A stretch of DNA of 64,000 bases, taken from NCBI RefSeq assembly GCF_006345805.1, contig NC_043000.1:18290001-18354000 (forward strand), written 5' to 3'. The first letter of the stretch is position 1. Each line of letters opens with the position of its first letter. The stretch comes from Octopus sinensis (lineage: Eukaryota). The position numbers were made by a program, and so were the translations under genes. Shown piece after piece: positions 1 through 13,699 of this stretch. The notes under the pieces were generated by a model that worked only from the letters and a program-made list of their open reading frames with translations, had not been told where the DNA came from and searched no databases.

Positions 1-114
1 TGGGATTTGACCTGAGAAGACCGAACAAATACTCTGAGGCATTTCTATCTAATATGGTAACGGTTCCGCCAGATTATCCCCTTTAATCGTTTCAGATTAA
101 AAGGTTGATTGACC

Positions 115-380
115 TCTACAGTATTTGAACTCAGAATACAAAACTCGAGCCAAATACCGGAAAGCATTTATCCCGACGCTCTAACGATTCTGCCAATCCA
201 GCAATTTGTTTCAAATTTTTACACAAAGCCAGCAATTTTATGAGAGGAGTAAGTCGATTACATCGGCGCTCGTGTTCAGTTGGTACTTATTTTATCGATC
301 TCGAAAGGATGAAAGGCTAAGTCGACTTCGACAGAATTTTAAACTCGTAACGTAAAGAGCCAGAAGAAATGCTATTAAAT
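115..380 (-). mobile_element. SINE family B fragments (tRNA head plus Meta-like central domain)
   Basis: Reverse complement of the recurrent block ggcagaatcgttag...ttctgagttcaaat...gcctttcatcctttcggggtcgataaaataagtacca, seen more than 15 times in the window. Confidence 0.7.
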
Positions 381-617
381 ATTTGAAGACATTATTAAGA
401 GAACGATATCAACTTTCCCCTCCAACCGACCATACTTGATAAATGACCTGTTTATATTCGTAGCAGTCGATTGGAAGAAACGATAGAGAAGCAGAGAAAT
501 AACATGGCTTGTATTTGTGTAGTTGCGATCATTTCAATATTCAGTTGAAATAAATAAATGACTAAATATAAAAATAAACTTTCCCCGTGACGCAGTGGTA
601 ATAAGAAACATCACACC

Positions 618-1167
618 CACTAGTGTATGCCGCCCGGGGTGGCCCTTCCGTTTGCTGTCCCCGAACTCCACAAAAAACACATATTGCCTAGAGCAATATG
701 GCCCAGTGGTTAGGGCAGCGGACTCGCGGTCGTAGGATCGCGGTTTCGATTCCCAGACCGGGCGTTGTGAGTGTTTATTGAGCGAAAACACCTAAAGCTC
801 CACGCGGCTCCGGCAGGGGATGGTGGTGATCCCTGCTGTACTCTTTCACCACAACTTTCTCTCACTCTTACTTCCTGTTTCTGTTGTACCTGTATTTCAA
901 AGAGCCGGCCTTGGCACTCTCTGTGTCACGCTGAATATCCCCGAGAACTACGTTAAGGGTGCACGTGTCTGTGGAGTGCTCAGCCACTTACACGTTAATT
1001 TCAAGAGCAGGCTGTTCCGTTGATCGGATCAACCGGAACCTTCATCGTCGTAACCGACGGAGTGCTTCCATCCAGTCTACAACAGGATGATAAGTGCCGT
1101 CCCTTTCAAAGTGTCGCCCGGAGCGGACCGCCCTACCATCTCCTTCGCGCCCCCGGCTACGCAAGTG
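618..1167. mobile_element. Putative PIF/Harbinger-like MITE interrupted by a SINE C copy
   Basis: The left end cactag..tgtatgccgcccggggtggcccttccgtttg and the right end ...cccccggctacgcaagtg match the two ends of the element at 24943-25320. No clear TSD. Confidence 0.35.
690..1074 (+). mobile_element. SINE family C (tRNA-derived, about 375 bp)
   Basis: Head with A/B-box-like tggcccagtggttagg and ggtttcgattccc; the body is near-identical to four other copies; ends gacggagtgcttcca. Confidence 0.9.
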
Positions 1168-1364
1168 ACCACACCACACTGACGATGCAAACTCTTTGAC
1201 TTTAGTTCGCTTCCAACCATTAAGAACTTAGGTGGTTGACTTAACTTAAATCCCTCGAGCAATGTTGTTACGAGCCCCCCTATCAGAATGGGAAGCCATT
1301 TACAGCTGACACTTGAACAATGAGAAACGAAGCTCAATAACAACGCATCAATGCTTCGCGGCAT

Positions 1365-1510
1365 TTCGTCTGTCTTTACATTCTGAGTTCAAATTCCGCC
1401 AATGTCGACTTTGCCTTTCATCCGTCCGGGGTCGATAAAATAAGTACCAATTCAATACAGGCTTTCGATGTAATCGACTGACTCGCTCCCTTGTGCCAAA
1501 ATTTGAAACC
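1365..1510 (+). mobile_element. SINE family B, 5'-truncated
   Basis: gcatttcgtctgtc...gagttcaaattccgcc...gcctttcatccgtccggggtcgataaaataagtacca. Confidence 0.75.
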
Positions 1511-2579
1511 AATAACAAAACGCATCGCTCGGGAATCGAACTTGCGAACGTTAGTACAAGGCCCTAACTTCTAGGCTACACAACATTTCAGCAACGAGGA
1601 AGACTAAATTGTTTATCAATGATTTCTCAACAAGTCAAAAAAATTGCTTTATATCGTTCAAATATGGATTTTTACCTTCTTTCTTTCTTTACACGTGACT
1701 CATCTTATTTAACATGTATACTCAACTAGTTACGCACGAGCAATCAGAAAATAAATATCCCAGGTCAGTTGTGATCGAGCAGTTCTGCGTGCTTTAAGTC
1801 TACTCTAATAACAAGTAGTATAAAATTAAATCAAATATAGATCACAGATATGCTAGATGCAATAGTTATTTGTGTAGAATATGGCCAACTACTAATCACA
1901 TACGTATAATCATTGTTACTGTAAGACAAAACCAGGTAGAATGCAGCTAGCTGTGATGAAACCGGAGTTCTGTAATACACGATTCGTAAATATGCAGTAC
2001 CGAGTTCAATTTCATTAGGAGGAAAAGCTAACCAATAGGGATTTTGTCTTTCATTTACTCAATGTTACAAAAACTAGCGATAATCATTGGTCCTTCTTTG
2101 TGATTTAGAAAAAAATATCTTAGCTTTAATTAGAGATTTTGAAAATCCAAAGATGGAAGTATAGTCAATATTAAAGTTTAGTATAATATAACTTGGCTGG
2201 CACTGTATACGGAACCTGAAGAGAAGAAACAGTCGATCCCAACAGAGCACGAACACCAGAAACATGAAGAGCCATGTAGATTAACTGTGGACCCGTCAAT
2301 TTCCAGGGATAGAAGTTTCAAGAGAAGAAAGAAAGAAACGCGGGTGAAGGGAAAAAAAACAAAATTCTCAAAACAAATGTTGACAGTAAACTGGCAGAAC
2401 AGTTAAGGTATTGAACAAAATGTATTCATTTCGGTTTTTTACGTTCTGTGTCAAAATCCAAGTAAGTCAGTCAAATTTTGTTTTTCCGTATGAGATCAAA
2501 TAAATAGGTATCATTTGAGAAGGGGGTCAATTTGATCGACTATAGTTAACTTCAAAAGTGGCTGTCTTGTGTCTAGCTT

Positions 2580-2790
2580 AGAAACATTGGCTTCAAATTT
2601 TAGCACAAGGCCAGCTAGTTCTGGGGAGAGGGTAAGTCGATTACATCGACCCCAGTGCTCAACTGGTACACATTTTATCGACCCTGAAAGGATGAAAGGC
2701 AAAGCCGACTTCGGTGGAATTTGAACTCAGAACATAAAGACAGATGAAATGCTGCTAAGCATTTTTACCTGGTGTGCTAACAATTCTGCC
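2580..2790 (-). mobile_element. SINE family B
   Basis: Family B consensus on the minus strand. Confidence 0.75.
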
Positions 2791-2834
2791 ATCTAGCCAT
2801 CTTAACCCAGCTTAGAAATATAAAGAGGGAAGGT

Positions 2835-3050
2835 GGCGAGCTGGCAGAATCGTTAGCAGCCGGACAAAATGCTTAAGCGGTATTTCGCATGTCTTTACAT
2901 TCCGAGTTCAAATGCCGCCGGGGTCGGTTTTGCTTTTCACCCTTTCGGGGTCGATAAATTTAAGTACCAGTAAAACACTGCGGTCGATGTAATCGACTGG
3001 TCCCCTCCCCACAAATTTCAGGCCTTGTGCCTCTAGTAGAAAGGATTATT
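2835..3050 (+). mobile_element. SINE family B, near full length
   Basis: Head ggcgagctggcagaatcgttagc, then gagttcaaat (B-box-like), then the central domain. Confidence 0.85.
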
Positions 3051-4391
3051 ATAAAGAGAGATCGACAAAATCGTAGAGCGGCGAAACATAAAGCTTTGCG
3101 GTTTTTCATCCTTTCAGGGTCAAGAAAATAAGTATCAAGACTGGGATCAATTTAATCGACAACCTACCCACTAAAAATTACTATCTTATGCCTAAATTGA
3201 AAACAGCCGAGGGTTTTCCATTCACTTTTGCTAATTTCATGATATAACACTTGTGTATTCTCTCTGGATGTTTTCCCTCTAACAAGCAGCTGTGTATCGT
3301 TAGTGCGATATAAACCAGTAACATAGCGTAGGTTTGATCCGCTCTGTACGGCAGCCAAATTACCTGCCTCTTCCTTAAACGTAACATACCTTCATCTATT
3401 GGCAACAAACACGCATATACAGTGGTGACTGCATTGTTTGTGCTTTGCGCACACCTCACGCTGAGCAACTGGTATAGACGGAATTATGAGTTATGAAGAA
3501 TCTAAAGAGGAATCAACCATCTCGACAAACTTGACGCTAATAATAGTTGTACGAAATAAATTTGGGGGTAACAAAGAGACTTTGAAAAGGTCGCGAAACA
3601 CATTTACGAAATTTCTCTCACTTCGTCAATTTACGTACGCCATCAGTATCGACTCGAGTTAATACATGTTTGTGTAACATAGGCACAAGTCCATACATAA
3701 ACAGGAGGGATCGAGTTTAATTGATCAAATCGATATTAAGTACATGACTGGTATTTTATTTTATCGGTTTCCAAAGAGGGACAGGCAGGAATTGAACCTA
3801 GAATGTAAAGAGCAAGAATAACTACCGCAAGGCATTTTTTTTTGACGATTCACTAGAGCTAATAATGGTAGTAATTACTTCAAAAAGCAAGGGTGGAGAA
3901 AATAAATAAATACTGGCGGAGAAAAACAATTGTTTCTAATTTAGGCACAAGACCAGCGATTTTGAGGGGAAAGCGTTAGAGTGATTAGGATGATATCGTT
4001 GATCCCAATACTAAATGGTACTTTACTTTATCGATCTCGAAAGGAGGCAAACCAAATTTAACTTTGGCAGGATTCTGCTACTTCACCGTCCTATGCACTG
4101 AGAGAAATAACGAATCGTTAATGATACAAATTCATAAGTATGCAAATTAAATTACATTAGTTTAGGTCTTAAGGCTTAATTCTAATTCTAATTTTTTTTT
4201 ATCATAATGAGCATTCATCAGGGAGAGGTTTCAGATTTGTACACGGAGAAATTTTGCTCTCGGCAAGAAGTTTTCCCACTCATAAAAACTGATGATAAAT
4301 AAAATTTTATCTCGTAAATTATTATGCAGTCGTGGGGAAGTAATTAATTTTTTGACACCAAACAAATTCGTGCAATGTTTTTTTAAATAAT

Positions 4392-4440
<49 letters not shown>

Positions 4441-4567
4441 ATCATGCCAAGGATCTATAATCCTTTAAGGGACGTTTGCATCTTAGTTCTCCAGTTTATA
4501 CCAGTGTTCAGTGGAAACTAAATACTTTAGTTTTGCATTGGTGTGTAGTGGTATTTAAAATATTTGT

Positions 4568-4965
4568 GAATGAGAAAAAGAAGAAAATAAAGAAATTGAC
4601 GTATAGACATCAGTTTATTCAAGGATATTCAAATCAATATAATATGAAATTCTTATCCCTACAGCCGTTTCCATATCCAATTAATTCAAGTAGAGAAATT
4701 AAATTGAATCAAATATATACATTATCAAAACGCACATATCTGAGTCTGTCAAGGCTCAATCAGGAACATTCTCCCCAGATGAAATACCCAATTAACCAGT
4801 TTCAATACGAAAATTTTAAACTAATTTAATTTAATTTCTCTAATTGAATTAATTGGATATGGAAACGGTTGTAGGGATAAGAATTTCATATTATATTGAT
4901 TTGAATATCTTTGAATAAACTGATGTCTTTGCGTCAATTTCTCTATTTTCTTCTTTTTCTTATTC
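4568..4965. repeat. Foldback element: ~138-bp inverted arms with ~122-bp spacer
   Basis: 4568-4705 (gaatgagaaaaagaagaaaata...agagaaattaaatt) is the near-perfect reverse complement of 4828-4965. Confidence 0.9.
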
Positions 4966-6408
4966 AGATATGTAGTTCTAGATACAATGTTTAAAAATGA
5001 AACGGGTGGTCCTAGCTGGAACATCTTTAATCACAGATCTTCTTGGTAAGGGTTGATCTAAAAGGCTGAATAGCAAAAACTAGTCAGTTTTGTTATGAAA
5101 AAAGTTTTTCAATACTTATTAATACTAATATAAAATAAACACTATAAAAATAATCTTAACAGTTCAACTACCTTATACTAAGATTTAACAGATGTTTGCT
5201 GATGTTTAAACAGTAATCTCTTCGTATATCTTAAGTGGGGAAACGTCCACAAAGTTTGTATAGTTCCCGGTTACAGATAAACAACTGCTGAGGTTTTGTG
5301 TAAATTGCACTGTATCACTTATCATCACCCCAGTCAATACAGCGGTAGAAACAGCCAGTTGTATGCTATCGCGTTTGAAGAGATTTGCAAACACCATGAG
5401 AGAAATGTAGTGAAAGACAGACAGAAAAGAGAGAAAACGAGAGAAGTGTAGTGAAGAAATGATGTGAAATGTGTAGTGGCGTGAAAAAAGATTTTAAAAT
5501 GTGGTTTTTCTGGTCGAAAAGTTATACAGCGACAAAACAAAACAATGTTTTTTCAATAAAAAAGCACTGCCTGAAACATCAGTCTTTCTTTCTCATGTAT
5601 GAATGACACACAAAACATATGTAAATGTTTTATTAACGAGCCTACGGAGAGAGCATTTACATGGTACGTAGAACTAGGAATAAAATCCAGATCTCGGTAG
5701 AGTTTCAGATTAGGAGCTTCGAAACCCACGAGAGAGGAAATGGTAATCGGGACAGGATGGGGAAACGTAAAAGAAAATTGGAATTCCGAAACAAAAAAAT
5801 GTTTGAAATAGTAATTTCCGTTATATGAAACACAACTGGACTACACACACATACAAACACATTAATCTTTTCTTTCTCTACATAATATGGGGGCTAATCC
5901 GAGAAACTTCGCCCAAATCGCATTGAAATTATACTGCAGCCTATTCTCATCTTTTTGCTTTGTTTTAAAAAGGACACTTTGCATAATGTGATCCTGAGTT
6001 TCCTACACATAAGAATATGACGGGATACTCAAGGCTAGGATGTATTTGATCATAGACCTGCCGGGTCTGGTTTGGCCAGGATGGAGCGGAGAGGACAACA
6101 ACTATATTATTATTGTTACCTAATCATCTTCTTTTGTTTTATTCCCTTTTATTACAGGTATGACTGTCAAGGTGTACAAAAACCAAGCCTCTTACTCAGT
6201 GTCTCACATCCGGTATGCCGCAATGTAACCTGAATATACTAATTTTTTTTCTCTATACTTTTAGTTTAGGTGTTCCGCCGAATTTTCCAAAGAATATAAG
6301 TGTACAACAAGTGAAAAAAAGTTACAGACCTCTGCTCTTATTAACAACACACCAACCTGAGTTCCAAAGAAAGACTTGGCATATCATCCAGCTATCCATC
6401 CATCAATA

Positions 6409-7535
6409 TACCATAAATACTCAATAGTCGATCTCATGTAAAAGTCGACCCCCTATTTTGGGCAAAAAAATTGGGTATTTTCCATAGACCCTGTATAAAA
6501 ATCGACCTTAGTATTTCACAAACAACAGGACAACATTTGTGGGTCGAGGTACCGTATTATCCTGTACGTAGAAATAACACTGTTGCAAAATTGTGTGGCT
6601 ACCTTGCTGTAGGCTACTCTATAGGTGGAACGCTTGGCGCTAATAATGGAATGCTTAGTGCTTATAGTAAAACACCATTTAATAGCGAGCACTACACATT
6701 TGTTGATGACTGCTACATTACCATTATAGAATGTATGCCTAGGATATGTTGCAAGCTTGCATATATCTTGAAGCACAATAAACACATGCGTCCATACACT
6801 CGTTGTTTACACGGTGAGAAACGGGTTTTACAGACAGGACTATTGGCGAACACTGGCAAACGCCACTTTCTGAATTCGTACAAAGGCATGACTTTGGTAA
6901 ACCTAAAAACTTCCAATTAATCGCTAGATCAGTGGTTCCCCTGCGACCTTTGTATTTTCCTCATCTCCAAATACAATAAACACATGCGTCATACGTTCGT
7001 CTGTTTACATGATGAGAGACGTGTTTCACAGACAGCACTGTATGAATTCGCACAGAGGCATGACTCCGGTAAGCATAAAAACATTTAGTTAATCGCTAAA
7101 TCAGTGGTTCCCAAGCATTTTGTGTCGTGGAATCCTTCGACATTATCTTTAAAAACGTGGAACCCTTGATAACTTTCAGGGAACCCTGGGATTTTGCAGA
7201 ACACACTTTGGGAATCCCTGCTCCAGATTAACAACTCTACACCATATTATGGACATTTACTGGTAACTGCACATGAGAGCAATGCGGTCTTGTTGATGGG
7301 TTTTGTTATTTACTAGGACGGGTGTTTTGAGGCATAGAATTGGTAATATTACTGTAATTCATTGTTTTTGTGTTTATTCGCTCAGAGATCAGTCGGGCTT
7401 CTGCTGCTGTTACGGTACTTCATTCTAGCTTGAATTTCAGCCCCTCAAAAGTAGTATCCATGTAATAGTCGACTCCATAAATTTGACCTTAAAAAATGAT
7501 CTAAAGAATTCGGCTTTTACAGGAGTATATACGGC
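6409..7535. mobile_element. Decayed non-autonomous pogo/Tigger-like DNA transposon
   Basis: Ends taccataaatactc...gtaaaagtcgac and tcggcttttacaggagtatatacgg resemble TACCGTA(A/T)ATACTC-type terminal inverted repeats (TIRs). Internal ~150-bp direct duplication (6771-6940 and 6970-7110). Confidence 0.5.
7102..7220. mobile_element. hAT/Charlie-type MITE
   Basis: TIRs cagtggttcccaa and ttgggaatccctg. Flanks cgctaaat and ctccagat resemble a decayed NTCTAGAN 8-bp target. Confidence 0.6.
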
Positions 7536-7539
7536 TCAC

Positions 7540-8640
7540 ACACACAGACGACAGAAGTAAATAGACACCCCATAAAACAACGTTTTTTGTTTCTTCTAAC
7601 TTGTAATGGTCTATATTTTTTATTGGTTGACATCATTATGTTTAGGTTCTATATGTGACTGATGCCATGTACAAAAGAAACCTTGGAACTGTCTGAATTT
7701 CAAAGAGGCCGTATTGTGGGTCATTCTAAACACGGACATAGTGTAAAATCGCAGAAAACCTTGGGATCCCACTTTCTACAGTTAATAGAGTGATTGTGCA
7801 ATTCACCAGAGAGGGGAAAGAGTCCACATCACCTTGTCCAGAACAACCAGGGTCCTCTGACAAGACCCTTTTCTTTGTTAAGAGAAGTGTGAAGGATAAT
7901 CCTTGTTACTCGGCCTCTGACATAGTAAAATAAGTTGATGTCAGTCCCAGAACAGCTGTCAGGTATCTCCACAAACTTGGTTACTATAGCAGAGCAGAAG
8001 GAAGCCACTTCTTTGACCGGGCAACATCAAGCAGAGAAAAAATTGAGTCAGTGAAATGGTGGAGAGGCATTAGCATTTTGGAACACTGTCATATTCTCTG
8101 ATGAGTCCAGATTTGCTGTATTTCCTGACAGTGGTTGAGTGTGGGTCTGGAGACTCTGTGATCAGGAATTTGATGTGAAAAGATTGCAGCCAACAATGAA
8201 AAATGGCAGCTATTCTGTGATGGTCTGGGAAGCAATTTAGAGCAATGGTTGATCAGAGCTGGTTGAGTGTGAAGCAAACATAAACTCAGATAAATATGTG
8301 TCCATATTGTACAAAGGACTCCTTCCAATCTTCTCCAGTGGTAAAATGATTAAAGAAGACTATTTATGGAAGATGGGGCTCCTTGACACATGGCTAAAAT
8401 GATCCAAAATTTGTTAGGTGAGAAAAAGTATTAAAAAGCTTCTATGGCTAAGCTAGTCACAAGATATGAACCCTATTGAACACCTCTGGGACAAAATAGA
8501 TTTCATAAAAAGAACAAGAAAGCAGCTTCAAAGCCAGATCTTTTGAGATCACTGCATGACACTTGGCAGGAAATTCTGCAAGGGAATATGCATCTGATCA
8601 GTAACATGCAGGAAGCCACGCAGTGGGATGCAGGAACTCA
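7540..8640 (+). pseudogene. Tc1-family (DD34E) transposase pseudogene
   Basis: From the ATG at 7662, across stops and frameshifts: [85 protein letters not shown]. All three catalytic motifs are recognisable. Confidence 0.9.
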
Positions 8641-8702
8641 TAATCATGTGGTTGTGAAACAAAATTCTTACAAGAGAGCCAATATATCTATCTATTTATC
8701 TA

Positions 8703-8780
<78 letters not shown>

Positions 8781-9095
8781 ATATATATATATATATATAT
8801 ACAGAAAGAGATAGAGAGAGAGAGAGGGAGAGAAAGAGAGACAGAGAAATATGTACATGAGCATGCACACACACACACAATCATCAGCATCTGTCCTTGC
8901 ACAACTCAGAATTTGTTGAGGCAGATTTTCTGTGGCTGGACACCCTTCCTGGTGTCAACTCTCACTTGTTTCCAAGTAAGGTAATATTTCCCCATGGCCA
9001 GACATGTTTTCACAGAAGATTGGAAACAAAGGACATTACTTGTATGATGGTGATGCTTTTTTTACAGCTATCACATGATGCCAAGACAAGGAGAA

Positions 9096-9130
<35 letters not shown>

Positions 9131-10532
9131 GAGCTTGTTTCAACTTCTGTCTACCAAATTCACTCACAATGCTTTGGCCAGTCCAAGGGCTATATGATAG
9201 AAGACATTTACCTAAGGTGCTACAGAGCAGGACTGAACTCAAGACCATCTGGTTGGGAAGCACACATCATAATGACAGAGAAACCGACAGTTAATTTCTT
9301 ACAATCTTCCAGGATTTTCCAATAAAAAATACTAGTGTAAATTCAGTCATCTATGGTCCTTTTCCAAGGAATTGTACAAGGTAATATTGTGATATAAAAT
9401 AGTAGAGCAATAGAATAGATACAGTAAAACATTTATCTCTCTCAGCATTCAGAATTCAAATCCTGTTGGTGTCAATAACGTAAGTGCAAAGTGTAATTTA
9501 TATCCTTCTTCCATGTATTTGCAGCCTTGTTTCAGTGTAAATAAATCAATACTTTTACTATAGAGGCCAGTTCAGTGATTGTTTTGATTCTTGGTTACAG
9601 CCAATTCATAATGAGTGAAATGTTATTACTTCAGGAAACACATGGATGCTAAAACAGTCCATGTCTTGTTTTCTCTTTTATAAGTGCAGTATGACAAAGG
9701 ATAGAATCTAGTTTCAGTTTCTGATGAAAGCTTGGGCACCTGGTTCGATATCACCACTTGCCCATTGGGTGTCTTTTGCAGGGGCCATACTGACGCACAT
9801 AATCAAGCCAGATCTCTGATTGGGGGTACCTCCAAGTCTTACAGGACATGAAAAGCATCATGGATATCCTGTTTCTTTCTAGGACTAAACATAACACACA
9901 TATATACATACATACACACATACAAATGAGTGTATACCTAAAATGCACCACAAAGATTTCAGCGACATTTCTGAATTTGAACCCTTGGGAACCCCTATAA
10001 AGATTTATTGTTAGGTAATTAAAAACAACTGAAGCATTTTGAGGTTAAATCCAAAAAATACCAAGCTTCTGAAAATAAATTTAATGTAAATGATATTAGA
10101 AGCTCACTAAAAAAGGGTTTCACAATGAACTACTTAAATGTATCAGCAAATTAATCCGGTTTTTAAACTGCCATCATCATCACCATCATGCTCCTTAACG
10201 GCTTTCTGTGTCTCTCATTCTCCATTTCATTATCATCATCATTATCACCATCAGTTAACCTCCATTTTCCCCTACCTGTATGGTTCAGACAAAATTTATC
10301 GAGGCAGATTTTCTGTGGCCAGATGCCCTTCCTACCACCAATCCTTACCCACTTTCAAGCACGGTATTACCCCAAAACCAAATATATTTTTTTTTTGTTT
10401 TTCAGAAGAAAAGAAATGAACAACATCACTTGTATGATTGTGAAGTACTTTTACAACCATCACGTAATGTGAAGACAAGGGTACACAAACAAACACATAT
10501 ATAGATACATATAATTAAACACACACACAAAC

Positions 10533-10567
<35 letters not shown>

Positions 10568-11241
10568 TATATATACACACGCACGCATGCACACACATAT
10601 GCGATGGACTTCTTTCAGTTTCTGTCAACCAAATCCACTCATAAAGATTTGGTTGGCCCAAGGTTATAGTCGAAGGCATTTGCCCAGGCTGCTATGCATT
10701 TGGGCTGAATCCAAGACCACATGTTTGGGAAACAAGCTTCTCATCCGCACTACAATGCCTACAACTATTCCAATATTTGAGAGAGAGAGAGAGAGAGAGA
10801 GTTTGGTGTCATGTAAAACATGCTGCCATCAGTATAGTAAGCAGATGGAAGTATAAATAGATCAAAATACATAAATGGGAACTAATATACAAAATCACTT
10901 AGTGTATTACTGTCAGTACCTCAATGTTATTTCTTGCCCATTACCTATTAGATGATGCCTTCTTATCTGCAATTACTTATGCTAATGTGTGCACCTACAA
11001 TTGGTTTCACAAACTGGGCCCCCCTCAGGGGCAACATCTGTTTCAACATTATGATTCTAAACACGGAGACCACATTTGATTATATATATATATATATATT
11101 GTTGTAAGAATTTAAAAACTTAAAAGGAACATGAAATATTTATTTTTTGGAATGGTGAAACTTGAAGCAGATAAAGCTATAAATAATAGAGTGTAAATAA
11201 TAGAATATTAACACAATATGCATAGCTTCATCTGCTTCAAC

Positions 11242-11273
<32 letters not shown>

Positions 11274-11299
11274 TACACATACATATATATATATATATA

Positions 11300-11464
11300 G
11301 GCGCAGGAGTGGCTGTGTGGTAAGTAGCTTGCTAACCAACCACATGGTTCCGGGTTCAGTCCCACTGCGTGGCATCTTGGGCTAGTGTCTTCTGCTATAG
11401 CCCCGGGCCGAACAATGCCTTGTGAGTGGATTTGGTAGACGGAAACTGAAAGAAGCCTGTCGTA

Positions 11465-11537
<73 letters not shown>

Positions 11538-11737
11538 TTGTCCCCCTAGCATTGCTTGACAACCGATGCTGGTGTGTTTACGTCCCCGTCACTTAGCGGT
11601 TCGGCAAAAAAGAGACCGATAGAATAAGTACTGGGCTTACAAAGAATAAGTCCCGGGGTCGATTTGCTTGACTAAAGGTGGTGCTCCAGCATGGCCGCAG
11701 TCAAATGACTGAAACAAGTAAAAGAGAGTAAAAAGAG
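11300..11737 (+). mobile_element. SINE family A (tRNA head, CORE-like ccttgggcaagtgtctt, internal (TA)n(TG)n, tail ending gtaaaagag)
   Basis: Full-length copy starting ggcgcaggagtggctgtgtggtaag, inside a (TA)n tract. Confidence 0.9.
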
Positions 11738-11747
11738 TATATATATT

Positions 11748-11786
<39 letters not shown>

Positions 11787-12064
11787 GCATGCAAACAAAT
11801 ATATAATTCAGGTTGTACCCTTACTTCATTTCCTGGTTTGATACTATCTGGTCTTTAGGTGCCTTTAACTGAGTTTTCTCTATAGCAAACATTCAGCCCA
11901 CACTCCTGGTTACCACCCTACAGATACAGATAAACAGATGTTCTGGTTGAGAATTAACCACATCAGTTTCAGATGCAAAGAGACAGCTTGTCAAAGTAAA
12001 AACCCATCTTTTTCTCCTCCCTGACTAACTAATTGGGGAGCAGGGGTGGAGAAGCAAAACTCAA

Positions 12065-12495
12065 ACTTTTCTACTCTAGGCACAACGCCTGAAATTTTCG
12101 GGGAGGGGCTGGCCAGTCGATTAGATCAACCCCAGTATGCAACTGGTACTTAATTTATCAACCACGTAAGGATGAAAGGCAAAGTTGGCCTTGGCGGAAT
12201 TTGAACTCAGAACGTAAAGACAAACGAAATACCGCTAAGCATTTTACCCATTGTACTAATGCTTCTGCCAGCTTGCTGCCTTAAAATAGAAATCTTTTCT
12301 ACTCTAGGCACAAGGCCTGAAATTTTGGGAGAGGGACCAGTCAATTAGATCAACCCCAGTATGCAACTGTACTTAATTTATCAACCACGTAAGGATGAAA
12401 GGCAAAGTCGGAATTTGAACTCAGAACGTAAAGACAGACGAAATACTGCTAAGCATTTCGCCCAGCATGCTAATGTTTCTGCCAGCTTGCCACCT
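12065..12495 (-). mobile_element. Two adjacent SINE family B copies
   Basis: Two minus-strand family B units, each beginning (on +) ttttctactctaggcacaa.gcctgaaatttt. Confidence 0.75.
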
Positions 12496-13668
12496 TTCAA
12501 ACTTAAATTCTTGAAAAGAGAATACAATCTATTTAGGAGAGAGAATGCAATCTATATGGACCTTGCATTTATATTACTGACATCAGTAGGGACTGAAAAA
12601 CTTCAATCAATAAAGATTATACAAACAATTCATAGACAAAAACTCCCTCATGTGGGTGGGGTGGGTTTACAATCTACAAGCAAGGGAGAAAACTTCAAAC
12701 AAAGATAAGCTGATTAAAATTTTAGCTCAATATAAACAATAATGATTGAAGTGGACCTCATCTTTAATGCCGAAATGGATAAAAGCAGCGGGGATGTTTC
12801 AGTCTTATTAAACCTCCTTCATTAAGCATATTCTACTCTATTGGTAAAACTAAGACTGACATACATATATATATCTTTTACTTGTTATGCTAAGACACTG
12901 CCTTGAAAAGTTTAGCTGAACATAACTGACCCCCAGTGTTTATTTCTTAAGGTTAGTATGTATTCTATAGGTCTCTTTTGCCAAACTACTAAGTTACAGG
13001 GATGTGAACAAACCAACATTGGTTGTCAAGAGGTAGTATGGAACAAACATAAAACACACACACACACACACACATGTAAGACAGACTACTTTCGGTTTCT
13101 GTTTGCCAGTTCCACTCGTAAGGTTTTGATTGACCCCGAACTCTAGTAGACAACACTTGCCCAAGGTATTGTATAGTGGGACTGAACCTAATGAAAAAAA
13201 AAAAGGGGCAAACAGACAGACAAATAGAAAAAACGTTAGTAATAAAGATTATGAACATCAGCAATATGGCTGAGACAAATGAACCCCTAGGGAGTGTTTT
13301 TTTCATACTAAAAAACATGCTAAGGTTTCACTTGTGTAATATAGGAACTGAAACACTTTCACCATCTAAAATTACCAAAGTATTTAGGGAGTAAAAGCTT
13401 CTTCGGGGGGGGGGGGTATTTGAAATGTAAAAACAACCAGGAAGGGAATTAAACATTTCCATTGCTTTCGTCATCTGGCTTTGATAGACTGGGATCCACC
13501 CCGATCTGCTTTGCTTGTATTGACAATAAAATTCGATGAACTGATCTTATTGGAGTAACTTCCCTTAATTGTTTTTTTTTTTTTGTGTGTGTGTGTTTTT
13601 TAAGTGGTGGTGGTTGGTTTAAATACCCGCAAGAAAGTTTTGCCAGCACCACAAGAATACAAAATACA

Positions 13669-13699
<31 letters not shown>

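Noticed and set aside
690-765. tRNA-like sequences (SINE heads; also about 1515-1580, 11300, 51890)
   Set aside because: They have A/B boxes but no proper acceptor stem or terminator, and most continue into SINE bodies; they are not tRNA genes.
2190-5400. Short protein-like frames at about 2190-2410, 3164-3468 and 5206-5397 as host exons
   Set aside because: No recognisable homology, weak or missing splice signals, and no consistent strand or phase linking them.
6471-6920. 149-aa ORF
   Set aside because: It lies inside a decayed DNA element and overlaps a duplicated block; no recognisable domain.
9715-9790. CTGATGAaagcttgggc..tgccca
   Set aside because: No GAAA box after the stem.
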